From the NCBI RefSeq assembly GCF_004010195.1, contig NC_057718.1, positions 82,114,711 through 82,150,829 on the forward strand: DNA of 36,119 nucleotides, given 5' to 3'. Under the pieces are notes generated by a model. That model was given only the letters and a program-made list of their open reading frames with translations. It had not been told where the DNA came from and ran no database searches. Source of the stretch: Chiloscyllium plagiosum. Its lineage: Eukaryota. Below are positions 1-12,550 of this stretch, piece after piece. The first letter of the stretch is position 1. Every line of letters begins with the position of its first letter. The position numbers and the translations under genes were made by a program.

Positions 1-447
1 TGCTCCGTTGGCCATGACTTAATCTAACAATGGCCCTTTGCAGCATCCATCTCCCATTTACAATATTTACTGTGGCTTTCTCAATGTAATTTATAGGTAA
101 ATCCAGTGGCCTACTGTCCCCTTCTACTAAATATATTTTAAAAGTGGAAAACCATTTGGTGCACATTCCAGAGGAGACGTGCAGCAGATACATTTGCAAC
201 AGTGGGGAAAGGCTTGCTGTATTTTCAGAGGTCTTTTGTAATGTTAATCTAGTGAAATCTTTGAGATATGAATAATCTTTGCAGTTTTCATAATGTGGAA
301 ATTTCAGATACCAGATCAGCATAAAATGAAATAACCTCTAGCACATCAAGGAAACACAATTCTATTTGTCACCAAAACTGTTAACTGTGACTGGTTCTGA
401 TGTTACTACAATGGTCATCCTTCTCAGTGCAATATTTCTGTATGCAG

Positions 448-542
448 CCAGTGAGTCTCATTCAGACGAAGCATGCTCAAGCAAGAAACCCAAAAGTTCA
501 AGGAGGAAAAGACAAGTGACAACAAAAGAAGAGAGATTGCCA
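448..542 (+). CDS. DZANK1: DZANK1 internal coding exon (basic linker before the ankyrin repeats)
   Basis: tgcag acceptor (446-447), CCA|gttggt donor (543). Encodes (A)SESHSDEACSSKKPKSSRRKRQVTTKEERLP. Its phase-0 end joins in frame to the exon at 17247. Length and basic composition fit the recalled human segment before ...RLLLKEVGPTG, but similarity is low. Confidence 0.7.
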
Positions 543-995
543 GTTGGTATTCCTTATAATATCCTTAAATATTGTGAAATGCTAACACCAGCCTATGAGA
601 AGTACTTGTTCTGAATTTTATTTCAGTTTGTATAATAACTTGCACTAAAATGTTATGCTGCGGAATGGTAGCATGTCTAACACAATGAGATCCTGATCTT
701 AGCCTGGGTCACTTTGCAGAGCCCTCTCGTCCCTTAATTATCCTTTCCTAAGAAAAGCCATCGACCTCAGTTTTAAAAACTGAAATTAAAACTTGTGACT
801 TGGAGGAGCATGTTCCAGATTTCCTCTCTCCTTTGTGTGAAAGCATGCTTTCTGGTTTCACTCCTAAGCTGTAAGTTTAGGTTTCAGTTCCTTTGATTTT
901 GGTTTCTTTTTGAAGATTTCTCTTTGCCCCACCGAATCCCTTTGTAAATTCCAATCTTCTAAACTTGTAGGGATGCAGACCATATTAGTTTAACC

Positions 996-1534
996 TCATA
1001 GAGTCATAGAGATGTACAGCACGGAAACAGACCCTTCGGGCCAACCCATCCATGCCGACCAGATATCCCAACCCAATCTAGTACCACCTGCCAGCACTCG
1101 GCACATATCCCTCCAAACCCTTCCTATTCATATTCCCATCCAGATGCCTTTTAAATGTTGTAATTGTACCAGCCTCCACCACTTCCTCTGGCAGCTCATT
1201 CCATACACGTACCGCCCTCTGGGTGAAAACATTGTCCTTTAGGTCTCTTTTATATCTTTCCCCTCTCATCCTAAACCTATGCCCTCTAGATCTGGACTCC
1301 CCCACCCCAGCAAAAAGACTTTGTCTATTTATCCTATCCATGCCCCTCATATCTTTTCAACCTCTATAAGGTCACCCCTCAGCCTCCTAAGCTCCAGGGA
1401 AAACAGCCCCAGCCTATTCACCCTCTCCCGATAGCTCAAATCCTCCAACCCTGGCAACATCCTTGTAAATCATTTCTGAACCCCTTCAAGTTTCACAACA
1501 TCCTTCCGATAGCAAGGAGACCAGAATTGCATGC
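996..1534 (-). mobile_element. 5'-truncated CR1/HER1-type LINE, 3' end
   Basis: Minus-strand tail ...CTCTATGACTCTATGA. ORF 1078..1350 is a CR1 ORF2 C-terminus (RGHRFR...FTQRAVRVWNELPEEVVEAGTITTFKRHLD). Confidence 0.92.
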
Positions 1535-1842
1535 TGTTAGCTCAGGTATAATTTAAGGCATCTGCATTGTACCCCGCCAAGACCAATGTATTCTTTGGTG
1601 CCCTAAACATAATGCAGTAGTCCTGATAAGGTCAGACCAAAGTTTTACAGAACTGAAGAGCACTTAAGGAACAGGTACTGCGTGTCCTTGGATAAGCATG
1701 TACCCAGCAGGCAGGGTGGAAGTGGTCGAGCAAGGGAGCCATGGTTTACTAAAGAATTTGAATCTCTTGACAAGAGGAAGAAGCAGGCTTATGTTATGCT
1801 GAGGTGTGAAGGCTAAGTTAGGGGCTTGAGAGTTACAAGTTA

Positions 1843-2658
1843 GGGGAAAGTGAGGACTGCAGATGCTGGAGGTTAGAGTCGAGAGTGTCGTGCTAGAAAA
1901 GCACAGCAGGTCAGGCAGCATCCGAGGAGCAGGAGAATCGACATTTCAGGCATAAGCCATTCATCAGGAATGGGGCTTGGGGCCCAGGGGGGCTGAGAGA
2001 TAAATGGGAGGGGAGTGGGGCTAGGGGGAAAGTAGCTGGGAATGTGGTAGGTAGATGAAGGTGCAGTTGGAAGTGATGGGTGGGAGGGATGGGTGAGAAG
2101 GAAGGAAGATGGACAAGTAGGACTGGTCAAGGGCACAGTGCTGAGTTGGAGGCTTGGGACTGGGATAAGGTGGGGAGAGGAGAAATGAGGAAACTGGTGA
2201 AATCCATATCATGTGTGGTTACAGGCTCCCAAGGCGCAAGATGAGGCATTCTTCCTCCAGGTGTCGGGTGGTAAGGGTTTGGCGATGGAGTAGGCCCAAG
2301 ACCAGCATGTACTTCGCGGAGTGGGAGTGGAAGTTAAAATGTTCAGCCATAGGGCGAAGGGTTGGTTGATGCAGTTGTTGCAGAAATGTTCTTTGAAACG
2401 ATCTGCAAGTTGGCAACCTGTCTCCCCCATGTACAGGAGACCACATCAGGTGCAATGGATACAGTAGATAATGTGCGTAAAAGAACAGGTAAATTTCTGT
2501 CGAATGTGGAAAGATTCTTGAATGGAGGTGGGCACTGGTTTTGCACTTCCTGCGGTGGCAGGGGAAGGTGCCGGGGGTGGGGTATGTGAATCTGACGAAG
2601 GAGGGAATGGTCTCTCCAGAACGTACGTGTGGGTAGAGAGGGAAATATATCCTTCCCC
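1843..2658 (-). mobile_element. Penelope-like element (PLE) 3' part: GIY-YIG endonuclease remnant plus pseudo-LTR
   Basis: Frameshifted GETG..LADRFKEH...AEHFN..SHS...LEEECLILRLGSL. The terminal repeat has a hammerhead motif and ends ...CTCCAGCATCTGCAGTCCTCACTTT. Splits the host CR1 sequence. Confidence 0.9.
1936..1971 (-). ncRNA. Minimal type I hammerhead ribozyme motif (PLE family A)
   Basis: AUUC CUGAUGA A UGGC UUAU GCCU GAAA U GUC GAUU: core boxes intact, helix II weakened. Confidence 0.7.
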
Positions 2659-4479
2659 AGCAGGAAAGACCTAAAAGAGCTAAGAAGAGCCAGGAGGGGA
2701 CATGAGAAGTCGTTGGCAGGTAGGATCAAGGAAAACCCTAAAGCTTTCTATAGGTATATCAGGAATAAAAGAATGACTAGAGAAAGATTAGGGCCATTCA
2801 AGGAGAGTAGTGGGAAGTTGTATGTGGACTCCGAGGAGATAGGAGAAGAGCTAAATGAATGTTTTTTTGTCAGTATTCACACCGGAAAAAGAAAATGTTG
2901 TTGAGAAGAATACTAAGATACAGGCTATTAGACTAGATGGGATTGAGGTTCACGAGGAGGTGTTAGCAATTCTGGAAAGTGTGAAAATAGATAAGTCCCC
3001 TGGGCTGGATGGAATTTATCCTCGGTTTCTGTGGGAAGCCAGGGAGGAGATTGCAGAGCCTTTGGCTTTGATCTTTATGTCGTCATTATCTACAGGAGGA
3101 GTGCCAGAAGACTAGAGGATAGCAAATGTTGTTACCTTGTTCAAGAAGGGGAGTAGAGACAACCCTGGTAATTATAAACCAGTGAATTGTGGGTAAAGTG
3201 TTGGTAAACGTTATATGAGATAGGATTTATAATCATCTAGAGAGTAATAATTTGATTAGTGATAGTTAACACTGTTTTGTGAAGGTTAGGTTGTGCCTCG
3301 CAAACCTTATTGAGTTCTTTTAGAAGGTGACCAAACAGGTGGATGAGGGTAAAACGGTTGATGTGGTGTATTTGGATTTCAGTAAAGGTGTTTGATAAGG
3401 TTCCCCATGGTAGGTTATTGCATAAAATACAGAGGCATGGGATTGAGGGTGATTTAGCAGTTTGGATCAGAAATTGGCTAGCTGAAAGAAGACGGAGAGT
3501 GGTGGTTGATGGGAACAGTTCAGTTACTAATGGTGTACCGCAAAGATCTGTTTTGGGGCCACTGCAGTTTGTCAGTTTTATAAATGACTTGGTTGAGGGC
3601 ATTGTAGGATGATTTAGTAAATTTGCGGATGACTCTCAGGTCAGTGGAGTTGTGGATAGTGCTGAAGAATGTTGCAGGTTACAGAGGGACATAGATAAGC
3701 TACAGAGCTGGGTTGAGAAGTAGCAAACGGAGTTTAATGCAGAAAAGTGTGAGAATAATTCACTCTGGAAGGAGCAACAGGAATAAAGAGTACTGGGCTA
3801 ATTGTAAGATTCTTGTTAATGTAGATGAGCAGAGAGATCTCGGTGTCCATGTGCATAGATCCCTGAAAGTTGCCACCCAGTTGATAGGGTTTTTCAGAAG
3901 GCATATGGTGTGTTAGCTTTTATTGGTGGAGGGATTGAGTTTCAGAGCCATGAGGTCATGCTGCAGCTGTACAAAACTTTGGTGTGGCTGCACTTGGAGT
4001 ATTGTGTACAGTTCTGGTCACTGCATTGCAGGAAGGATGTGGAAGCTTTGGAAAGGATTCAGAGGGGATTTACTAGAATATTGCCTGGTATGGAGGAAAG
4101 GTCTTATGAGGAAAGGCTGAGGGACTTGAGGCTGTTTTCATTAGAGAGAAGGTTGAGAGGTGACTTAAGTGGAACAAATAAGATAAGACATATAAGATAA
4201 TCAGAGGGTTAGATAGGGTGGACACTGAGAGCCTTTTTCCTCAGGTAGTGATGGCTAACATGAGGGTACGTAACTTTAAATTGAGGGATGATTGATATAG
4301 GACAGAGCAGTAGGGGGTGTGGAATGCCCTGCCTGCAACAGTAGTAGACTTGCCAACTTCAAGGGCATTTAAGTGGTCATTAGATAGACATATGGGTGAA
4401 AATAGAATAGTGTAGAATAGATGGGCTTCAGATTGTTTCCACAGTAGGTGTAACATTGAGGGCAGAAGGTTTCTGGAGT

Positions 4480-6800
4480 TGAAAATGATTTACCTTTTAC
4501 AAATCCATGCTGGTTTCTCAAGTCTATACTTATTTAATTAACTGTTATTTGGTCCTAAATAACTGTTTTTAAAGCTTTTTAATCACCAAGGTTATAGTAA
4601 CCGGCCTGTAGTTGTTGGGTTTAGCCTTTCATTCTTCCTCTTTCTTTATGATTGTAGCAGAATCTTGTTCCTTTATAAAGACAATTGATGTGTTCTATAT
4701 CACAACCATGCACTTTGCCTTCATGAGTGCATTTCCTTTGTGATACTTAATCAGCCTTATCCCACCTATTACTACACTTAATATTTGTACCCCTGTGAAA
4801 GATTCCCTTTCCATTTATGTTAGCTGCCAGTCTCTTCTCTTACTTTCTCTTTGCCTCTCTGATTCTCTTTCTCACTTCAACACCATAACTCTATTCTCAC
4901 TTTTATTATTAACTTTATATCTGCAATGCACACTTTTTCTGCCACAACTTGAACTGTCTATCTCTTTTGTCATCCAGAGCTTCTGTTTTCCTGATGAAAA
5001 TGGACCTTGTTTTTGTTGACTAGTTGTTTGATTAAATTTTGTTTGCCAAACTTTGATTCCAGGTTACTTGGACAGGCATTACTTCATTGAAATATTTTTG
5101 CTCTAGATTGCTCCTTCACCTTTTCCATAATTAATCTAAACCAATGATCACTGTTCTTTCAAAGATTTTCTTTCTGACACGTGATCCACCTTCCTCCCCA
5201 GAATCAGATCCAGTATTGCGTCTTTCCTCATTGGACTAATAATATACTGATCAAAAAATTCTCCTGTTCACACTTTATAATCTCTTTTTGCTCATTGCCC
5301 TTTGCATTATTACTGTCCCAGTCTATAGTAACAAAATTGAATCTGTCATTATTATAATCCATAGCTTATGTATATTTTGTTTATGTTATGTATATATTTC
5401 AATAGACCTTGTACACTCTTGCCCTTCTACTCCTCTACATCTTTTTCACTACTTGGCAACCTGTAGAATACATTTAGTAGGTACTGGCATCCCTATTATT
5501 TCATAATTCTAACTGAAAGGATCCTGTCCTTGACCCCTTCAAGACACCCTCTCTCTCCAGCATTGCAATATTCTCTTTAATCAATACTACCACCCCATTT
5601 CTTTCTTTTTCCTTCCCTGTTCTGCCTGAAAATCTTGTATCCAGAAATATTTAATACCTAATTCAACCCTTTTTTGAGTCAGCTCACCATTATTGCTATG
5701 ACATCACTTTCCTGTGTGGTTATTTGCGGGTAGAACTCACCAACCTTACTTATTATAGTCTGTGCACGTATATACATGCACTGAACCTTAATTAGATTTT
5801 GCTGTATTCACTTTTAGTCTGACTCCACCTAAAATCTTTATTTTCTGATCCTGTCATGCTATCTGACACTCCCAATCCTCTGTACACCTTGTTTCTCCTC
5901 TCTATTGCTACATCTTGGTCCCTGGTCCCTTGCCAAACTAGTTGAAGCTCTCTCTCTCTCTCTCCAATAGCACCCCCAAAATGGCCTTGAGGTTATTGCT
6001 TCTGGCTCTGACTCTGTTTAGATGCAAGCCATTCAGCTTATAGACTCCCATCTTGCCCAGAAATTCCCAGTGTCCCAGGAATTCCAAGTCCTCTTTGCTG
6101 TTCCATCTCTCCAGCCAGGCAATTGTCTGTTCTATCCATCTATTTTCACCTACAGCCATGGTGCACGGGGAGCAATTTGAGTTCCTGCTTATTGTCTTTC
6201 CTAGCTCCCCTCAATCTGCCTGTATAATGTCTCCCTGTTTCTGACCACAGCCACCCCCTTCAGAATGCTCCAGGGAGGCAGCAGAGCATTTGGAATCGAG
6301 TTGGTGGGCACAGAAAATGTTATCGCTATGGAATCTTCTATTCTGATTGCTTTCCAGACCTTATCCCCTCAAATGCAACTGAATCCCTCCCTGTTCCATA
6401 GACTTTACCGTGACTGTGCTTCCCAGAGGATCTGTCTCCCTCACCAGTCTGTAGAACTGAATACCAGTTGAAGAATACAGTCCATTCCTTGGACTGTTGT
6501 ACCACCTGCCTGCTCCTCCTTGTCTGTCCAGTGGTCAGCCATTCCCTCTCTGCATACTCTTATGCTACAGGATGACCACTTATTGAACCGTGAACCATTG
6601 CAAATGCCAGCAGCTGCTGTTCAAGTTCCAGGACCTGCAGCTGAAGTTCTTCCAGCCTGATAACACATGATTGTCTGGGAGGCAAATATTGTTCTGGAGT
6701 TCTCAATGGCACAGGCCGTGCATTCCAAGTGACCAAGGTGCCCTGTTATGCTTCTTTACTAGGCAACTCACTAACAGCATAAATAAATTTAAGACTTGAA
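4480..6800 (-). mobile_element. Old, heavily decayed CR1 LINE (ORF1 esterase and ORF2 N-terminal remnants)
   Basis: ORF 5938..6159 (AWLERW...FLGHW...YKLNGLHLNR) resembles the CR1 ORF1 SGNH-esterase C-terminus. Boundaries approximate. Confidence 0.7.
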
Positions 6801-6882
6801 AGAACAACACTTACCAGCTACCGTAGGGAAAATGTAAAAAAATCAACATCATCCTTCCAGTCTGTACCAAATTCCCAGCTTT

Positions 6883-7085
6883 AGCACTTTGTTAATTCTG
6901 CACTGTTCTGTACAATAAAGAAGTATATTTATTTTAAACAGAGCTAATGACACACATACAAGTTACAACTGCTAACTTCAGCACTTTGTTAATTCTGCAC
7001 TGTTCTGTGATCACTCTATGCTATAAAAAAAATTATTTATTTTTTATAGAGCTGATGACACACATTCAAGTTACAACTGCTAACT
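6883..7085. repeat. Tandem duplication, two ~100-bp units
   Basis: AGCACTTTGTTAATTCTGCACTGTTCTGT...GACACACAT(A/T)CAAGTTACAACTGCTAACT at 6883-6977 and 6980-7085. Confidence 0.9.
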
Positions 7086-7754
7086 CAGCTTCCTGTTCAA
7101 TCAGCATCTGTTCAGGCAACTGCTTACAGCTGATTGACAGACAACTGGCCCTGACAGGCAGTTTCTGTTAACTATATAGCAGCGTAACTTCTTCAGCCAT
7201 TTTTTAAAACTCAAAGTCAAATTCTCAATTTGAGTATTACTGAAAAAAATTTGACAATTAATTGTCAGTCATTATCTTAATTGGTTCATTCTCCATCGGA
7301 ATGCCTCTATCAATCAACCTTTTGACTAATCTCCTCATACAGTATGAAAGGGTTGTTGGGATCTTGTGGTGGAGTACTAGTGTCTAGTTTCCCAAGTTCA
7401 GGTTCCACCTGCTCCAGAGGTATGTTGTTAGAAAATACCTAAGAAGGTTATTTTCACTTTACATTGGCAAGATGAAAGGCCTTTCACAAATATGTATTTT
7501 TTTTTCAGCAGTACTCAGGTTCTGTACTACCAAATGACTATTTACAAATTCTCAATGGGAAATTAAATTTTAGCTTCGGAAGTAACAGAATTCACACTTG
7601 CACCATATTTCTGACTTTAGTGCTCTATTAAAAGTGTACTCAGTCTGCAATCACTCCATGTGATAGAAAATGCTTTTTATTTGTACAGAGCTTATGGCTC
7701 ATACCCAAGTTATATCCTGACTCAGTATAACACCCTAATTCCATGGCCTCCTCT

Positions 7755-8080
7755 GGGCAGCACAGAGGCACAGTGGTCAGCACTGTTGCCTCACAGTGCT
7801 AGGGACCCAGGTTCAATTACAGCCTCAGGCAATAGTCTGTGTGGAGTTTGCACATTCTCCCCGTGTCTGCATGGATTTCCTCCCACAGTTCAAAGATGTT
7901 CATTAGGTGGATTGGCCATGCTAAACTGCCCATAGTATCCAGGGATGTGCGGGCTGGGTGGATTAGCCATAGGAAATGCAGAGCTACATGGATGGGGTGG
8001 GTGTGGATAGGTTGCTCTTTGGAGGTTTGGCGTGGATTTGATGGGCTGAATGGCCTGCTTCCACACTGTAGGGATTCTAT
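7755..8080 (+). mobile_element. HE1-type tRNA-derived SINE (V-SINE superfamily)
   Basis: tRNA-like head with A/B-box remnants (GGTTCAATTAC), conserved core TGTGTGGAGTTTGCACATTCTCCCCGTGTCTGC, CR1-like tail GGGATTCTAT. Confidence 0.9.
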
Positions 8081-8429
8081 ATTTGCCCTGATGCCTTATG
8101 CAAGACCTGACCTCACCCATTTCTCCATCATTCTTGATTAGCTCATTCTTCCTGTGGTGCAGCTTCTGGTTGACAACTGTATTCACTGAATAGTTTTGAT
8201 GCTTTTATTGGGACACAGTATTGGCCTCAGTTATTCACTGAACCAGCAGCTACTTCTGTTGCAGCAGCAGGTCCTGGAAACCCTGTGCAGCAAATCTTCC
8301 TCCTTTAATTTGACACAACACCCAACAGGGATTGATTAGGTCCCTCTCATTTCCAACTTTCCACAGTGTGCTCATGAACCCATCTCCAAGACAACAGGAG
8401 GATACACTCACCTCACTAACGGACCCATG

Positions 8430-8726
8430 AGAGATAATCTCCTCTAGCCCCATAATCCTTTTGAGATATCAGAGTTCATCCAATCTAGCCTCTTCAGCAC
8501 CTCCAATTTTAATCGCTCCACTTTTGGTGGCCACCTCTTCAGCTGTCTTGACCCAAAGGTCTAGAACTCCTTCCCTAAACTTCTCTGACTCACTAACTCA
8601 CTTCATTCCTTCAAGACACTCCTTGGATCCTGCCTGTCTTGAATGAGCTCAGAGCCAAATTTTTATAATGCTCCTGTGAAGCACCTTGAGATGTTTATTA
8701 TATTAAAGGAATTATAACATACAAGT
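8430..8726 (+). mobile_element. L2-type LINE 3' end, decayed
   Basis: Tail CTGTGAAGCACCTTGAGATGTTTATTATATTAAAGG resembles L2 3' ends. Related fragments at ~25150-25370 and ~33770-33955. Confidence 0.6.
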
Positions 8727-8984
8727 AGATGATGATATCTTTATATAGTTTTTCTCAATGCTAGCCTTTAGCAGTTCTGTATTATTGTTGAATCTATTGT
8801 TGGTTTACTGTTTGTAAGTTCACCTCAACTTTTATGCTGTTATTTATTCCTTCAACCATTTCCAAGTCACAATTTTGCTCTTTAAGATTTTATTGAAAAT
8901 GATTCTGTGCTGCACATTTGCCCCTTTGGTCTTTTACACTTTACTGGCTGCAACCTCAGGCCCCATTTTTATCAGGCAGGGTAA

Positions 8985-9937
8985 TGAAAACAGCATTTGG
9001 TATGCTTGCCTTTCTTTATTGGACAATGCATTGAGTGTAGGAGTTGGGAGGTCATGTTGCATCTGTACAGGGCATTGAATGGGCCACTTTTGGAATACTG
9101 CGTGCAATTCTGGTCTCCCAGTTTAGGAAAGATGTCATTAAACTTGAAAGGGTTCAGAAAAGATTAGATTCCCTACAGTATGAAAACAGGCCCTTCAGCC
9201 CAACAAGTCCACACCGACCCTCCGAAGAGTAATCCACCCAGACCCATTCCCCTACATTTACCCCTGACTAATGCACCTAACACTATGGGCAATTTAGCAT
9301 GGCCAATTCACCTGACCTGCGCATATTTGGATTGTGGGAGGAAGCCAGAGCACCTGGAGGAAACCCACGCAGACACTGGGAGAATGTGCAAACTCCACTC
9401 AGTCACCCAAGGTGACAATTTAACCTGGGTCTCTGGTGCTGTGAGGCAGCACTAACCACTGAGCCACCATGCTGCCCAGATTTACAACGACGTTGCCAGG
9501 GTTGGAGGGATTGAGCTGTCGGGAGAAGCTGAATAGGTTGGCGCTATTTTCCCTGGAGCATCGGAGGCTGAGGGGTGACCTTCTAGAAATTTGTAAAATC
9601 TTGAAGGATATGGATAGGGTGAATAGTCAAGGTCCTTTCGCCTGGGTAGAAAAGTCCAAAACTAGAGGGCATAGGTTTAAGGTGAGAGGGGAAAGATTGA
9701 AAAGGGACCTAAGGAGCAACTTTTTCATGCAGAAGGTGGTGCATGTATGGAAAGGAAGTGGTGTAAGCTGGTATGATTACAACATTTAAAAGGCACCTGG
9801 ATGGGTATCTGAATAGGAAGAGTTTAGAGGGAAATGGGTCAAATATTGGCAATGGGACTAGATTAATGTCAGATGTCTGGTTAGCATGGACGAGTTGGAC
9901 CAAAGGGCCTGTCTCTGCCTCTATGACTGTATGACTC
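8985..9937 (+). mobile_element. CR1 LINE 3' fragment interrupted by a SINE
   Basis: KLERVQKR|FTTTLPGLEGLS...RGHRFKVRG; tail CTCTATGACTGTATGACTC. Confidence 0.9.
9166..9477 (-). mobile_element. HE1-type SINE, full length
   Basis: Reverse-complement homolog of 7755-8080, flanked by an AGATT duplication (9161-9165, 9478-9482). Confidence 0.92.
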
Positions 9938-10479
9938 TTTGCTGTCTTACAAGTGCATCAAGTGCTGAACTGTTTGGATGGGGAAGCATTAGCTCAGCTT
10001 TATTAACAGAGTGTGTATGCTTGCTGTTTTAGTTGCTTTCTTACTTCCACATATACAGCAACATTCTGTATTTATACAATGCCTTCAACAAAGAACTTCA
10101 CTCTTTACAGAATATAACCAAAAGAAATTGGCTAGGATACAAGAGGCTGCAAAGAGATTTAGACAGTGTTAAGTATCAACAACATGGCAGCTGAAGACTA
10201 TATGGGGAAATGTAGTAAAGCAGCATTTTTAAAAAATGATGTGAAACTTATATAAGTGTTGATGTTCAGAGAGACTCGAGTGTAGTTATATAAGAAACAC
10301 TGTAAATTAGCATGTAGGTACAGCAGCACTGAGGAACAGAATATGGCATGTTGGCCTTTATTGCAAGGGAGTTGGAGTATAAAAATTTACAATCATACAG
10401 GCCTTCGATGAGATCAAACCTGGAATAATACTTTGTACAATTTGGTCTCTGTATTTAAAGAATAGGATTACAACTTACA

Positions 10480-10853
10480 ATGGCTTTGTTCATCATATCC
10501 AGTGACTTTGACCAGGCCAACCTCAAGTACATTCTACTAAAGTACCATCAACACATCTCCTGTCACACCAGAGGTCCGGACATCGTTAACCATTGCTATA
10601 CAACCATCAAAGTTGCCTACTGCTCCATACCCCACCTGCATTTTAGAAAATCAGATCACAACGCCCTGCTCCTCCTCCAGATTTACAAGCAAAAATTGAA
10701 GCCTGAGGATCCTGTGCAGAAGGTAGTGCAGTGTGGTCTGAGGCAACGGAACGATTTTTATGGGATTGCTTAGAGTCAGTGGGCTGGTGCATATTCAAGA
10801 ATTCAGTGGCCAACCTAAACAAGTATGCCAACACTGTTACAAACTTCATTAGT
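10480..10853 (+). mobile_element. Rex1/Babar-like LINE AP-endonuclease fragment
   Basis: SDFDQANL...HISCHTRGPDIVNHCYTTIK.AY.SIP..HF.KSDHN.LLL..YKQKLK, resembling the GDFN/TR/LDHCY/SDH motifs. Confidence 0.75.
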
Positions 10854-10988
10854 CCTTAGATATGGTGCCCAAAATGCTCACAATATCCCAAATGCAGCCT
10901 GACCAGCCTCAGCAGTACATTTCTGCTCTTGTATTCCAGACCTCTTCAAATGAATGCTATCATAGCATTTGCCTTCCTATGCCAACTG

Positions 10989-11124
10989 AACCTGCACATA
11001 ACCTGCACATCTTTGGACTGTGGGAGGAAACCGAAGCACCCAGAGGAAACCCACACAGACAGTTGCCTGCGGCTGGAATTGAACCTGGGTCCCTGGGTGC
11101 TGTGAAGCAGTAGTGCTAACCACT
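10989..11124 (-). mobile_element. HE1-type SINE fragment (internally deleted)
   Basis: Homologous to the head and core of 9166-9477. Confidence 0.8.
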
Positions 11125-12550
11125 AAGGAACTATTTCTATTTTTTTTCTCTCTTGTTTTTCCATTTTTTGTCTTTTCTATTACCTCTTGTTGAAGAGGTC
11201 AGTTGTGGCAACAGCATTGGCAATGATGAATAAGCCCAGCACCAGAACTGAGTTTGGGTTCCCAGAGGCTTCTGCGTCTAGTGCAGATTCGTGGAGGTGG
11301 TGGCAGAGATGGGTTTGGGCCCAGTACAAAACTCAGTGGCATTGGCAGCAGCTGCATTGGTGAGATGAGTCTGAAGTGGACTCATGGTGGCGGCACTGTC
11401 GAGTTTGGGCTGGGACAGTACCCAGTGGTATCAATGGCGTCTGCATTGGTGAGGACTCATAGTGGCAAGTGTATCATTAGAGGCAAGATTGCACGGAAGA
11501 GTGGCACGGCAAGGGGGCTCATGCCTGGCCACCAGGTCCATGGTCCATGGCCCATGACAGAGCACTTAACAAGAAGGATTGTAAAGTTAACACTTTTTCT
11601 TTATTTCTTTACTTTTCTGCCTTTATATTCTATGGTTTGGTTTATTTTTCTGTATTTTAAGATGGCGCCAGAGAGTGGTGACAAAAATACACATGACAAT
11701 AAATAAATCAAATCAAATAACTAAATCAAGATCCCCATACAACCACACCTTGTGATACCCATAACACCACAGCTGTGAGTTTCAATCTGTGTTACAAGCA
11801 CATTTACCTTGTTTCGTATACTGAGTGCATTCAAGTGCAACACTGTCAGTCCTATGTTGACTACACCCCTTCTCATATTTGTCCCCTAATCTACAGGGTC
11901 TGAAGTTAGACGCCTGGCCTTTTCCATTCTTTCTATCCTATTACTTGTTTTGGAAACTTTAATAACCTCAGTTGAGTCCTCCCCCTCTCTGTTCATTTAA
12001 CTTTTTCATAATTTTCCATTGCACAGTGAACTAAGCTCAGCAGGCCCTGTGGTCTAATTCTGGTCCTGTTTATTGTGTTTGATCTTACTGAGGGTATAAA
12101 GTAGTGCACAGAAGGGGTTGTGAGAAACTTCTTCAAGCAAAACAGTAGAGAGAGCATTGCTCCTTTTAACTTCTGTTTGTTGCATGTACTTTGCTTGTTG
12201 CACTGCGTCACCGTTTCAACAATAATGTGCAGCCACGTGTTAAGGAGACATTGCTCATGCAGAGACTGTTTGTTCCATCTGCTCGTTTCTGATTGCTGTG
12301 TATTTGCACACCCATACAGCTTAGAGGGAGTGTGAGACAGTTAGATTTGTCACCATTAGTCGACTACATATATGTTACAGCACTAAAACAAGCCATTCAC
12401 TCCACTTGATCTGTATTGATATTCCACGTGAGCCAACTCTCAACCAATTTAATATAACCCTATTAGTATAACCTTCTATTCCTATTTCCTCTGTGTTCTT
12501 ATCTTGCTTCCTCTTAAATGCATCTTATATTATTGTCCTGAATTATGTCT

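Larger units (their letters stand above)
1666..4470 (+). mobile_element. Decayed CR1 LINE (ORF2 linker, RT, 3' UTR), interrupted at 1843-2658
   Basis: Frameshifted ORF2 pieces: KENPKAFYRY, KSPGLDGIYPR, FDKVPHGRLL, GVPQRSVLGP..FINDL, FADD, LEYCVQFWS. Confidence 0.95.

Noticed and set aside
366..614. 82-aa ORF as a standalone gene
   Set aside because: Only 448-542 is bounded by splice sites and fits DZANK1; the rest is intron.
1843..2658. GGGGAA...TTCCCC terminal inverted repeat suggesting a DNA transposon
   Set aside because: Only 6 bp and the interior is PLE. It may be a tiny inversion scar, but chance cannot be excluded.
7755..7830. tRNA gene
   Set aside because: Degenerate tRNA-derived SINE head followed by the HE1 core and tail.
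11254..11706. 150-aa ORF
   Set aside because: Non-ATG start, no recognisable domain, lies in a repeat-like intronic segment.
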